Positions 1-8,649 of a DNA stretch of 12,771 bases are shown here, piece by piece. The first letter of the stretch is position 1; each line of letters opens with the position of its first letter. The notes beneath the pieces are model-generated. The model saw only the letters and a program-made list of their open reading frames with translations. It searched no databases and had not been told where the DNA came from. A program made the translations under genes and the position numbers. This stretch comes from Leidyana gryllorum EB-2025a (lineage: Eukaryota; Protista; Apicomplexa), in the NCBI GenBank assembly GCA_048772705.1, contig JBLWGC010000116.1, forward strand, positions 1 to 12,771, read 5' to 3'.

Positions 1-296
1 TGTAAGTGTCGGGCTCTGGGGGGTCGAGGGTAGGCCGTCGGGCCTTCTGGGTGAGCGCCTTGGGGAGGATTGACGCCCTTCTGGTGCGTTTAACGGTAAG
101 AGTCATATTCGTGTGTTCGTTGTAGGTTCGCTCCCGTGTCTCCGTACCCGGTGCCGGCCGGCACTGGAGACACAGACACGCTCGCAGCCGGACTGATTCG
201 TCAGCCGGTGACATGCAACTAAAAAGGGTACACAGAGGGCTATGCTGATCGGGACCTGGATTCAGGGGGGTTCAGTGGTGTAAGTCACCTCTTACA
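1..296 (-). repeat. 3' LTR of inner element
   Basis: No differences from 4487-4782 seen on base-by-base reading. TG...CA ends with 6-bp terminal inverted repeat. Abuts the PPT. Confidence 0.97.
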
Positions 297-3200
297 CTCC
301 TCCCTCCATATTTAAGTCGTCTCCCCGTAGCTCACTCTCGGTGAATGGGTTGGCTCCGCGCCTCGTGTTCCACTCGTGACGGTACTGTAGTATGAGATCC
401 ATGGCGTCCGCGTCCAGTACGTTCTTGGCGGGCTCCCACGTTGCTTGGTGCCTTGGGTATCCCTGCCATTGGACCAGGAACTTGAGGCCGGTTCTGTCCA
501 GTTGCTGCGCTAGGACCTTCTCCATCATGAAGAGGGGGGGTTCGGTCTCTGGTGGTTGTCCCTTGAACGTTTTGAGTCGAGAGACGTGAAAGCGGCGTAG
601 TCCTCTCCATGAGTCGGGCATGTCGAGCTCGATCACATCTGCGGGTAGCACTTGAGTGATCTGGAAGGGGCCTAGGTAAGGTTTGGTGAGCTTCCCCTGT
701 GCTGTCCCCTGGAGTCCTTGTGCTCGCAACAGTACCCAGTCCCCGGCGGTGAAGCGTGCTTCCTGGCGGTGTTTGTCGTATTGAAGCTTTTGAGCTTCCT
801 GTGCGGCTCTGATTCTGTCCTGGATCTGCGTCAGTAGTTCCGTGTGCAGTCCCTGCGTAGTGTTCGTAGTGTTCAGGTTGAGTGTCAGTGGTATTCGAGG
901 TGTATACCCTCGTTCGGCTTGGAAGGGGGATATTTGTGTGGAGGAATTGGGCATACTATTGAAGGCGAACTCCACTGCTGGTATCTTCTCTGTCCAGTGA
1001 GGCCCCATCTCCTCACACACGGTCCTCAGCATCTGTAAGGTGGTTCTGTGGGCCCGTTCGAGCAGCCCATTGGTTTGAGGATGGCCGCGTGTGCTGGCCT
1101 TCAGTTTAGTTCCGCTCTCGTTTAGTAGATTCGTCCATATCTCCGATAGCCACCTGGCGTCTCGATCCGAGACGATTATCTGAGGGAATCCATGTTCGCG
1201 TACGAGTCTCTTCATGATGATGCGGGCGCAATCCTGGGCGGATGCCGAGTAGGCGCATGGTTCCAACAACACCCGGCGGGTTAGGCGGTCTATCATTGTC
1301 ATCAGGCAGTTTAGGCCGGTTGTTGGGTCAGTCGGGAGCGCCAGTAGATCAATGGACACCTCGAGCCAGGGTTGGTCGGGAGGTGGTATGGGGTTGAGGC
1401 ATCCCAGTGGTCTGGTGGTGGGCAGCTTGGCTCTTTGACATTGAGGGCATTCGCTGCAGTATTTTCGTACGTCTTCGGTTATCCCGGGCCAGCTGAAATG
1501 AGCTCTGATCTTTATCAGAGTCTTGTCATGTGACAGGTGTCCCGCCAGTGGGGAATCGTGGTTCTCTTGTATAACTAGTCTTCGTAGGTCGTTTCTGCCC
1601 GGTACATAGATCCTTCCGAATTCGTCGCAGAGGAAACCCTCGGTCAGCTCGTATCCCTGCGGGGTTTCAGTCATTTCGGCCGTTGCCATTCTGAGTCTCG
1701 TTGGAAAGTCGGTTCCCGAGATCTGAATGGTGCTCGCGAACACCCTTGTCGGCGGTTGTATCGCCCCTGCCCTACTTAGGAGGTCTGCCAGTTCGTTCTC
1801 CTTGCCCGGGATGTGGTCGATGCGGGTGGGATACTGAGATATTTTGACTAACCAGCGTACCACCTTTGGGCTGAGTGCTCCCGATCCCTTCGTGAGCACT
1901 GCTAGCGGTTTGTGGTCAGTGTGCACATGGAACTCCTTGCTAAGTAGGTAATGCTTCCAGCGTTTGAGGGCTGTGAGGATTGCCCATAGCTCCCGTTCGT
2001 GTACAGCCCAGTTCCGCTGACACGGATTCAATTTCACACTGAAATGTTCCAAAATTTCTCGCTGCCCCCCTGGTCGTTGCTCCAAGGTGCCCCCAACAGC
2101 TATGTCACTCGCGTCCGTCGTGACGTGGAATTCCAGGGTATCGTCCACTACTCCCAAGGTAAGGTCCTTCCCGAATGCTCCCTTCAATGCTTCCCATTCC
2201 TGTGTGCGGTCAGGGTCCCATCGTAGCTGTTCGCCTTTCTTGGAGTGTCCGTTTATCATCGCGTGCATCGGTGCTGCAAGGCTGGCAAAGTGCGGTATGT
2301 ATTTCGAGTAATACGTCATTGCTCCCACCACACGCCTTAGTTCTCCCATCGTCTTCGGCTGAGGTAGATCGCGTAGCGCCTCTTGCTTGCTGGGGTCAGG
2401 ATGGAGGCCGGTATGGTCGAGGTGCTGTCCTATGAATTGTACCTCCGTGAGAAAGAATCTCGATTTCTTGGGGTGGATCAACAGTCGATGTTCGTTGATG
2501 ACCTCCAACACCTCTCGTAAGTCTCTCCTGTGTTGTTCATGGCTAGGGCTATAGATCAAAATGTCATCCACATAGGCGAGCACACATTTGCCTAGAAAGG
2601 GTTGCAAAATGTGTTCGATGAAGGCTACGAAGGCGGGTGGGGCGTTCCGTAGCCCAAAGGGTAGAACGTTCCATTCAAACTTTCCGCAGCATGAAGAGAA
2701 GGCGGTGAGTTCTCTGGCCTCCGGTTTCAGCAGTATTTGGTGATAACCTGACTGCAGGTCAAGTTTGGAAAACACTCGTGATCCGCGCAGGGCTGGCGCT
2801 GCCAGGTCCGCCCGAGGTATCGGGTAGGCATATGGAATTGTCTGATCGTTAAGTCTCTTGTAGTTGATGACCATTCGCGGTACAGGTGTGTCCTTCTTGG
2901 GCACCAAGAAACAGGGGGCACCCCACTCGGATTTCGATGGGCTGATCTTCCCCTGCCCTAAGAGTTCTTGGATTTGTCTCGTCATTTCCGCCCGGTCAGT
3001 GTCCTTTGCGGCGTATGCTCGTTCGAAATGAGGTTGCGCCCCGTCTCGCAGTCGTATTTCAAAGTCGTGAAAGCCCCTCGTAGGTGGTAGTTGGTCGCCC
3101 TCCTTGAACAGTGTACCGAATTCCTCCATGAGCCACTCTTCTCCGATTGGGTACTGCACGGTCAGTGTTGTGGCAGCTCTCACCTGGGCTATTAGGTTTG

Positions 3201-3810
3201 TGCTGGTGTCCGGGACGCATACTTGGTCAAGTATTGTCACTTCTCCTTGTTGGTTCGTTCCAACTGCTAGTCGGAGTTTCTGGAAGGCTGGTATGCCGAG
3301 GATGGCGTCGAAGGGGTCTAGGTCCCCTACGTGGAAGGTGAGTTGGTGTACAGTGTTGCTGTGGGTTGTCAGTTGTGCTTGGAGCGTGCCTGCGGACTTT
3401 TGTTGTCCTATCCCGGAGATGGTCAGAGCTTGTGTTGCGTCTATTGGTAGTTGCAACTTTCTTGCGAGTTGTTCGTCAATCATGTTGATGTCTGCCCCCG
3501 AGTCGACTAGGCACAGGGCCTTGAAGTCGTTCTGTTGTCCGCGGAAGCTCCACTTCACTACCGCTCGCTGCCTGTGACCTATTCGGAATACCGTATGGGG
3601 GTGCTCCTTCTGCTGCTTCTTTATGGTAAGATGCCCCACTCCAGCATTATCCAAGGGTGGGGCCTTGCTCAAAAATCCTGGTTCTCGTCTGTGGTCATGT
3701 CGGGATCGTCCACCTGAGCTGGGTATGCTCTCCTGCTTGCGTTGGGTGGTCTTTTGGTTCGGTGCGGGCATTGTGGCGACAGGTGCCCCCCTTCGCCGCA
3801 GGTGAAGCAT
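292..3810 (-). CDS. pol: Pol polyprotein (aspartic protease, reverse transcriptase, RNase H, integrase, chromodomain), probably entered by -1 frameshift near 3672-3678
   Basis: Protease: LVDSGAD and ILGIP. RT: LPFGLRNAP and YVDDILI. RNase H: TTDASD, ERELWA, TDHKPL, ADLLSR. Integrase: HHCC (H..H..CPQC), SIDL/SDRD/NGLLE DDE and a GPF motif. C-terminal EKVL...FLVQWQGY....TWEP chromodomain. Confidence 0.97.
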   Translation of the reverse strand: MLHLRRRGAPVATMPAPNQKTTQRKQESIPSSGGRSRHDHRREPGFLSKAPPLDNAGVGHLTIKKQQKEHPHTVFRIGHRQRAVVKWSFRGQQNDFKALCLVDSGADINMIDEQLARKLQLPIDATQALTISGIGQQKSAGTLQAQLTTHSNTVHQLTFHVGDLDPFDAILGIPAFQKLRLAVGTNQQGEVTILDQVCVPDTSTNLIAQVRAATTLTVQYPIGEEWLMEEFGTLFKEGDQLPPTRGFHDFEIRLRDGAQPHFERAYAAKDTDRAEMTRQIQELLGQGKISPSKSEWGAPCFLVPKKDTPVPRMVINYKRLNDQTIPYAYPIPRADLAAPALRGSRVFSKLDLQSGYHQILLKPEARELTAFSSCCGKFEWNVLPFGLRNAPPAFVAFIEHILQPFLGKCVLAYVDDILIYSPSHEQHRRDLREVLEVINEHRLLIHPKKSRFFLTEVQFIGQHLDHTGLHPDPSKQEALRDLPQPKTMGELRRVVGAMTYYSKYIPHFASLAAPMHAMINGHSKKGEQLRWDPDRTQEWEALKGAFGKDLTLGVVDDTLEFHVTTDASDIAVGGTLEQRPGGQREILEHFSVKLNPCQRNWAVHERELWAILTALKRWKHYLLSKEFHVHTDHKPLAVLTKGSGALSPKVVRWLVKISQYPTRIDHIPGKENELADLLSRAGAIQPPTRVFASTIQISGTDFPTRLRMATAEMTETPQGYELTEGFLCDEFGRIYVPGRNDLRRLVIQENHDSPLAGHLSHDKTLIKIRAHFSWPGITEDVRKYCSECPQCQRAKLPTTRPLGCLNPIPPPDQPWLEVSIDLLALPTDPTTGLNCLMTMIDRLTRRVLLEPCAYSASAQDCARIIMKRLVREHGFPQIIVSDRDARWLSEIWTNLLNESGTKLKASTRGHPQTNGLLERAHRTTLQMLRTVCEEMGPHWTEKIPAVEFAFNSMPNSSTQISPFQAERGYTPRIPLTLNLNTTNTTQGLHTELLTQIQDRIRAAQEAQKLQYDKHRQEARFTAGDWVLLRAQGLQGTAQGKLTKPYLGPFQITQVLPADVIELDMPDSWRGLRRFHVSRLKTFKGQPPETEPPLFMMEKVLAQQLDRTGLKFLVQWQGYPRHQATWEPAKNVLDADAMDLILQYRHEWNTRRGANPFTESELRGDDLNMEGGV
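297..307 (-). other. Polypurine tract (plus-strand primer)
   Basis: Minus strand GGAGGGAGGAG lies immediately 5' of the TGTAAG start of the 3' LTR. Confidence 0.9.
3633..3678 (-). promoter_or_regulatory. Putative -1 ribosomal frameshift signal, inner element
   Basis: G-GAT-TTT (3678-3672) directly precedes the gag stop. Pol is in the -1 frame (GGA TTT TTG). A GCCCCAC/GTGGGGC stem begins 8 nt downstream. Confidence 0.75.
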
Positions 3811-4592
3811 AGTCCCAGTTTTTGGCAGTGTTCGCGAGTGTGAGGGTTGCGCTAGCCCACCCCTTTGTGTCCGGTGTTCCTAGTGATAGCGAGGATCCTC
3901 GTGTGGTTGCCTCGATGTGCGTTCTTCTCTCGCCCCAGTTCTGCAAGAAATTCCAGCGCGTCGTCCGTGTTCGATGGGTTTCGGCTCATGAGTAGGTCTC
4001 TGACGTTGGTCGGGAGTGCCCTTCTGACCACGTGGAGGATTTGTTGGTCATTCATGTTGGCAATGCCCCTTCTAAGTTCGCGGAAACGTTGTACGAAGGA
4101 TGTGAGTGTTTCTGGTGTGGCCTGCAGGTCCATTAATTCGTCAAGGTCCGACCGCGTGGTGGTTCCAAATTCGCGGTTGAAGCAGGTCACGAATTCGCTC
4201 CATGTGTATTCCCGCAGGTCGGCTTTGCTGCTTGCCGTGTTCAGCCAGCGTGCAGCTGAATCTTTAAGCGTACCGCACGCGATGCGAGTTCTTGATTCGT
4301 GGGTTATCAGTAGGGTGTCGAAGGCGGCCTCCAAGTTGTCAATGTGCGTTCTGGGGTTCTGCGTTCCATCGAAACTGCCGGTGAGTTGTGATACTAGTCT
4401 GATGTCCCTTGCCAGGTTCGTCTGTTGGTCCGATCGGTGTTTGCAGTGTCTGGGGGAGGTGAGCGGATCGCAAGCACTGCTACCAGTGTAAGTGTCGGGC
4501 TCTGGGGGGTCGAGGGTAGGCCGTCGGGCCTTCTGGGTGAGCGCCTTGGGGAGGATTGACGCCCTTCTGGTGCGTTTAACGGTAAGAGTCAT
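3669..4592 (-). CDS. gag: Gag of inner element (capsid-like domain plus CCHC nucleocapsid), interrupted by an in-frame TAG at 3852-3854
   Basis: ORF 3852-4700 has retrotransposon-gag motifs (FDGT, LKDSAARW, TWSEFVTCFNREF). The same frame continues past TAG as RNPHTREHCQKLGLCFTCGEGGHLSPQC...NQDF-TGA(3669-3671), which aligns with the outer gag. Start is ATG 4592 (preferred) or 4700. Confidence 0.88.
4474..4485 (-). other. Primer binding site, tRNA-iMet-like
   Basis: TGGTAGCAGTGC lies one base after the 5' LTR. It is complementary to a ...CTGCTACCA tRNA 3' end of the eukaryotic initiator-Met type. Confidence 0.85.
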
Positions 4593-4782
4593 ATTCGTGT
4601 GTTCGTTGTAGGTTCGCTCCCGTGTCTCCGTACCCGGTGCCGGCCGGCACTGGAGACACAGACACGCTCGCAGCCGGACTGATTCGTCAGCCGGTGACAT
4701 GCAACTAAAAAGGGTACACAGAGGGCTATGCTGATCGGGACCTGGATTCAGGGGGGTTCAGTGGTGTAAGTCACCTCTTACA
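4487..4782 (-). repeat. 5' LTR of inner element
   Basis: Copy of 1-296, followed on the minus strand by the PBS. Confidence 0.97.
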
Positions 4783-5237
4783 GTTGTCTCGCTTTCAAGG
4801 ATAGAGCCCTCCGCGATCACCATCCGTCCGTTACCGTCGGTTCCGAGGACCAGCGGTATGCTGTGTATCAGTGGTAACCCTATGATGGCTTCGTAGTGGT
4901 CATTGTGCACCACCGCGAAGCGAGTCGGTCCATAAGTGCCGAATTTTGTCTTCACGCACGCCTCCACTTCCCCTTCGCATCTTGCGGAGCCCATCCCGTC
5001 TATTCGGTGAGTCTCGGATGGCCGCAGTTCCAGTTCCAAGCTCTTTGCTAGATTCGGTGTCATAATGTTTAATTCTGATCCAGAGTCGATCAGCGCTGTT
5101 GTTCCTCTAACGTGCCCTCCCTTTGGGCTGGTCATCTCCCACTCCATTGTGGCTGTCCATCCTGCGCGCTGAGCGCCGCGCCAGTCTGTGGCTGTGAAGC
5201 ATGCGTCAGGCCCACGGAGGGCCTGGTCTAAAAATCC
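4783..5237 (-). pseudogene. pol: Start of outer pol (aspartic protease), disrupted by insertion
   Basis: ALIDSGSELNIM and AIIGLP protease motifs in ORF 4758-5846. The final residues VRGDLHH* come from the inner LTR. Confidence 0.9.
5207..5237 (-). promoter_or_regulatory. Putative -1 ribosomal frameshift signal, outer element
   Basis: G-GAT-TTT (5237-5231) precedes the gag TAG. A CAGGCCC-tccgt-GGGCCTG hairpin begins 5 nt downstream. The protease is in the -1 frame. Confidence 0.75.
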
Positions 5238-6199
5238 GAATCCACTTCCGCTTCTTCCTCTATCGCCGCCTCCACCGAGATGTCGGGTCTGGCTGGGAAA
5301 GCTTTGCGCTGTGGGTGTGTAGGTCGCCCTGAGTTTCCGCGTTTTGGGCACTTGTTGGATAGGTGTCCCCCTTGTCCGCAGATGTAGCACAACTGGTGCT
5401 TGCTGCAATGTTCTCGAGTGTGAGGGTTCTGGACCCCCACGCCCCGGCGGGTCGCAACCAATACTGTCCTGGTGTCCATCGCTCCCTGTGGGCAGAGCAC
5501 CAGCGTCAGCGATACAGCCTCGGCCACCGATTGCGGGTTTCTGCCTCGCATCGCGAGCTGTTCTGCTTTTGGGAGTCTTGATAGGAACAAATCCACCATG
5601 TCCGCCTCCGGAATGTTGCGAATCATGCGCCGCTCTTGTCGAAATGCTAAGGCAAACTGACGGATCCCTGCCTCCTCCGGTCGTAGGGCCACAAGTCGTG
5701 CTAGGCTGCCTCGCTTGTCCGATTCGAATTCGGTTGTTACCATTCTGCGGAACGCTGCCCACTCCATATGGCGAATGTCCATGTTGACCGCGTTCGCCCA
5801 CGACGACGCTCCCCCTCTGAAGGTCCCACAGGCCACCGCTGTCCAATGCCTGACTGGGAGGCCTGCGTTCCTGAAACAGTTCTCGAGTGTGTCGAGGTGA
5901 ACTAGTGGTTCTGAATTGCCATCATAGGATCCCGCCACCTGAACGGTCGTGCGAATCCATCCCATCAGACGTAAGGCTGTGTCCGTCGGCTCCAGTGGTT
6001 CATTAGCCAGGTCGGTTTGCTTGTGAGTGTTCTGCGGCCTGGCGCCTTCGTCCAAATCCGTTGCCGTTTCTGGTTCCTCGCCCAGTGCTGGTTGACACGC
6101 ACTGCTACCAGTATAACCCGGTGGGGGTAAGTCTGTAGCTGGATCTACTAGGCTAATCTGCTTTCCATTTCGTAGGACTAATCCTGGTTGATCGTTCAT
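5228..6199 (-). CDS. gag: Gag of outer element with CCHC zinc knuckle
   Basis: MNDQPGLVLRNGK N-terminus, YDGN, FRGGASSW, CYICGQGGHLSNKC. ATG 6199 is chosen because the ORF-track start at 6388 lies outside the LTR. Confidence 0.9.
   Translation of the reverse strand: MNDQPGLVLRNGKQISLVDPATDLPPPGYTGSSACQPALGEEPETATDLDEGARPQNTHKQTDLANEPLEPTDTALRLMGWIRTTVQVAGSYDGNSEPLVHLDTLENCFRNAGLPVRHWTAVACGTFRGGASSWANAVNMDIRHMEWAAFRRMVTTEFESDKRGSLARLVALRPEEAGIRQFALAFRQERRMIRNIPEADMVDLFLSRLPKAEQLAMRGRNPQSVAEAVSLTLVLCPQGAMDTRTVLVATRRGVGVQNPHTREHCSKHQLCYICGQGGHLSNKCPKRGNSGRPTHPQRKAFPARPDISVEAAIEEEAEVDSDF
6099..6110 (-). other. Primer binding site of outer element
   Basis: TGGTAGCAGTGC, identical to the inner PBS, one base from the LTR end. 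Confidence 0.85.
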
Positions 6200-6347
6200 C
6201 TCCGTTGTCAAGTAACTCAAAAACGTAAGCACACGCGTGTCTGTCTGATCCCGTCTCCGTCTCGTGCCGGTGCCGGCCGGGCACCGAGACACAGACAAAT
6301 GGCGGACCGGCTCTGGCCGGCCGCTGATAATTGTGTAACCCCTTACA
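6112..6347 (-). repeat. 5' LTR of outer element (~236 bp, TG...TA ends)
   Basis: Begins TGTAAG on the minus strand and ends GTTATA next to the PBS. Shares the GGTGCCGGCCGG...GAGACACAGACA block with the inner LTR. The partner LTR is outside the window. Confidence 0.75.
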
Positions 6348-6370
6348 GGCTCTAAGCGAAATTTATTACA

Positions 6371-6541
6371 TTTTTTTGATGTCGTCACCCTTATCTCGTT
6401 ACAAGTTTATCGGTGTTTTTTGATGTCGTCATCCTTATCTCGTTACAAATTCATCGGAATTTTTCATGTCGTCATCCTTAACCCGTTACTAATTCATAGG
6501 AATTTTTCATGTCGTCATCCTTAACCCCTTACCAAATTTTC
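6371..6541. repeat. Four tandem 43-44-bp repeats with core ATGTCGTCA(T/C)CCTTA
   Basis: ATGTCGTCA at 6379, 6423, 6466 and 6509. Confidence 0.92.
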
Positions 6542-6624
6542 AAAAAAGCAGAGTTCGTCACCAGTGTGCAACTTGTACCAGATGATACTTGTGTTACACA
6601 TCTCTTTGCAGCACCTTCAGTACC

Positions 6625-7425
6625 CCTTTGCAACATGTTCGAGACTTGTTTGTGACATGTTTGACACTTGTTTGCTACCTGTTTCACACTTGTTTCCTAC
6701 TTGCTTGCTACTTGTTTGATACTTCTTTGAAACTTGTTTGCCACATGCTTTACACTTGCTTCCCACTTCTTTGCCACATCTTTCATACTTCTTTGACACT
6801 CAGTTGAGACTTGTTCGCCACATGTTAAACACTTTTCTGCCACATATTTCACACTTGTTTGACACTTGTTTGCGACATGTTTGCGACATCTTTGGCACTT
6901 GTTTGCCACATGCTTTACACTTGCTTGCCAGTTCTTTGCCACATGTTTAACACTTGTTTGAAACTCCGTTGAGACTTGTTCGCCACATGTTCAACACTTT
7001 TTTGCCACATGTTCCACACTTGTTTCACACTCGTTTGACACTTGTTTGCGACATGTTTGCGACATCTTTGGCACTTGTTTGCCACATGCTTTACACTTGC
7101 TTGCCAGTTCTTTGCCACATGTTTAACACTTGTTTGAAACTCCGTTGAGACTTGTTCGCCACATGTGTAACACTTTTTTGCCACATGTTCCACACTTGTT
7201 TGACACTCGTGTGACACTTGTTTGCGACATGTTTGCGACATCTTTGGCACTTGTTTGCCACATGCTTTACACTTGCTTGCCAGTTCTTTGCCACATGTTT
7301 AACACTTGTTTGAAACTCCGTTGAGACTTGTTCGCCACATGTTTAACACTTTTTTGCCACATGTTCCAGGCTTGTTTGACACTGGTTTCCGAGTTGTTTG
7401 ACACTTGTTTCACACTTCTTTGCTA
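6625..7425. repeat. 11-bp-monomer satellite (ACACTTGTTTG-like) with 165/176-bp higher-order units
   Basis: GAAACTCCGTTGAGACTTG recurs at 6960, 7136 and 7312 (176 = 16x11). Boundaries approximate. Confidence 0.92.
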
Positions 7426-8619
7426 CTTGATAGGTACTTAAATGACACTTCTCTACAAGTCGTTTGAACTCGTACATATCGTTCCAGCGCAATTGCACGC
7501 AAGATTGATGCAATTCGTCCGTTCTACTTATCACATTCACGATAGGTTGCTAACTATTCCATCAATAAATAAATCTCACAGAAACAATGGGTACGGGGAA
7601 GCGCCCGAGCGAAGCGACAAGGGCGCTCCACACACCCCATCAATACTTCTTCACGCACACTATTACTCAACGTACATATCAGCCTTAACATCCCGCTCGT
7701 ACACTAACAATCCGAATACCCATAACTCTTAGCATATATACACTCTCTCAATGTTTTATAGCAAACAACTGACCACCACCCTCTTACCACACCTCGAACT
7801 ACATCACAATTGTCAATATACTCCTATTAACCTACCTATCATTAGCCAAATTCATGTCGCCCGAATCAACACTCAAATCCTATGCATAACTTGACTCCAT
7901 CCGCATATTCTTACAAATTCCCATTCACTCCAATAAATAATGTCCACGATACGCATTCGACTCATGACATTCTTCTCAACACTCTCAATTCAACTTGAAT
8001 CTCATTGATTCCCCTATATCTAGCATCACAAGCTTTTATACGTCTACAAATACTCCCTCAATCAACGAGCGAATCGCTAAGTCACTCTAGACCCCTCACA
8101 GCCTAACAGACAAACCATCTAAACCAATATCACTCACACATAACCTTCCAAGTTGCTCCACATTCACTTTAGCAAACTGAGCATACTACACATCACAGCA
8201 CAGTTACCAAAATACACGCCATACACTCATACAATCATGCATCTCCAGCTCATATAGTCTCACAAATCAATACATAACAAGCACGATACCTGTCAACATA
8301 CTAAGCAACACAACTACATCGTCACAGTCTTTTATTAGCACAATACACACCACATCAGACCTTACTTGCGCACGCTACAGCAACCGCAACGTGTAGAGAA
8401 TTGAAAGCTAAACATTCGCAAACACGCAAACACAGTACAATTCAGCGATAAACAAGCACATAAACCACATAATCCAAAAGCAAACAGCAGTCACAACAGC
8501 CATCGAAGCCGACCGAAACGCCGAACCAAAGGTTACAGGCCAACTAGTCCATTGGTCTATCGGATAGCGGGCAACACACAAAAAGGTAAGTTCACGTGAT
8601 CTATCTTCCTGTTGTGCAG

Positions 8620-8649
8620 GTCGGCGAAACCCGCAAGGGTGAGCCCGAC
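8620..8649 (+). other. 30-nt imperfect terminal hairpin, flip form
   Basis: GTCGG-CGAA-ACCC-GCAA-GGGT-GAGC-CCGAC, the exact reverse complement of 12131-12160. Confidence 0.9.

Larger units (their letters stand above)
1..4782 (-). mobile_element. Full-length Ty3/Gypsy LTR retrotransposon, chromovirus type (inner element)
   Basis: Direct 296-bp LTRs at 1-296 and 4487-4782 with TGTAAG...CTTACA ends, PBS, PPT, gag, and pol in the order PR-RT-RNaseH-IN-chromodomain. Confidence 0.97.
4783..6347 (-). mobile_element. 5' half of a second, related Ty3/Gypsy element (outer element), interrupted by the inner element
   Basis: Has its own LTR-like segment, the same PBS, gag with CCHC and a protease. Pol is cut exactly at the inner LTR boundary 4782/4783. 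Confidence 0.92.
6348..8549 (-). repeat. Copy A of an unknown long terminal-repeat sequence (left arm of ~5-kb palindrome)
   Basis: Reverse complement of 8647-11394 with scattered substitutions and a shorter satellite. Confidence 0.95.

Noticed and set aside
3852-3854. TAG reassigned to an amino acid (alternative genetic code)
   Set aside because: The 1172-codon pol frame has no internal TAG or TAA, and the outer gag ends on TAG at the position homologous to the inner TGA.
392-5900. Antisense and alternate-frame ORFs over gag/pol (e.g. 3104-3577, 3865-4491, 5344-5787) and the part of ORF 4758-5846 upstream of 5237
   Set aside because: Shadows of GC-rich coding sequence with no domain evidence.
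6371-6541. CRISPR-like spaced repeats
   Set aside because: The intervening sequences are themselves similar, there are no cas genes, and the context is eukaryotic.
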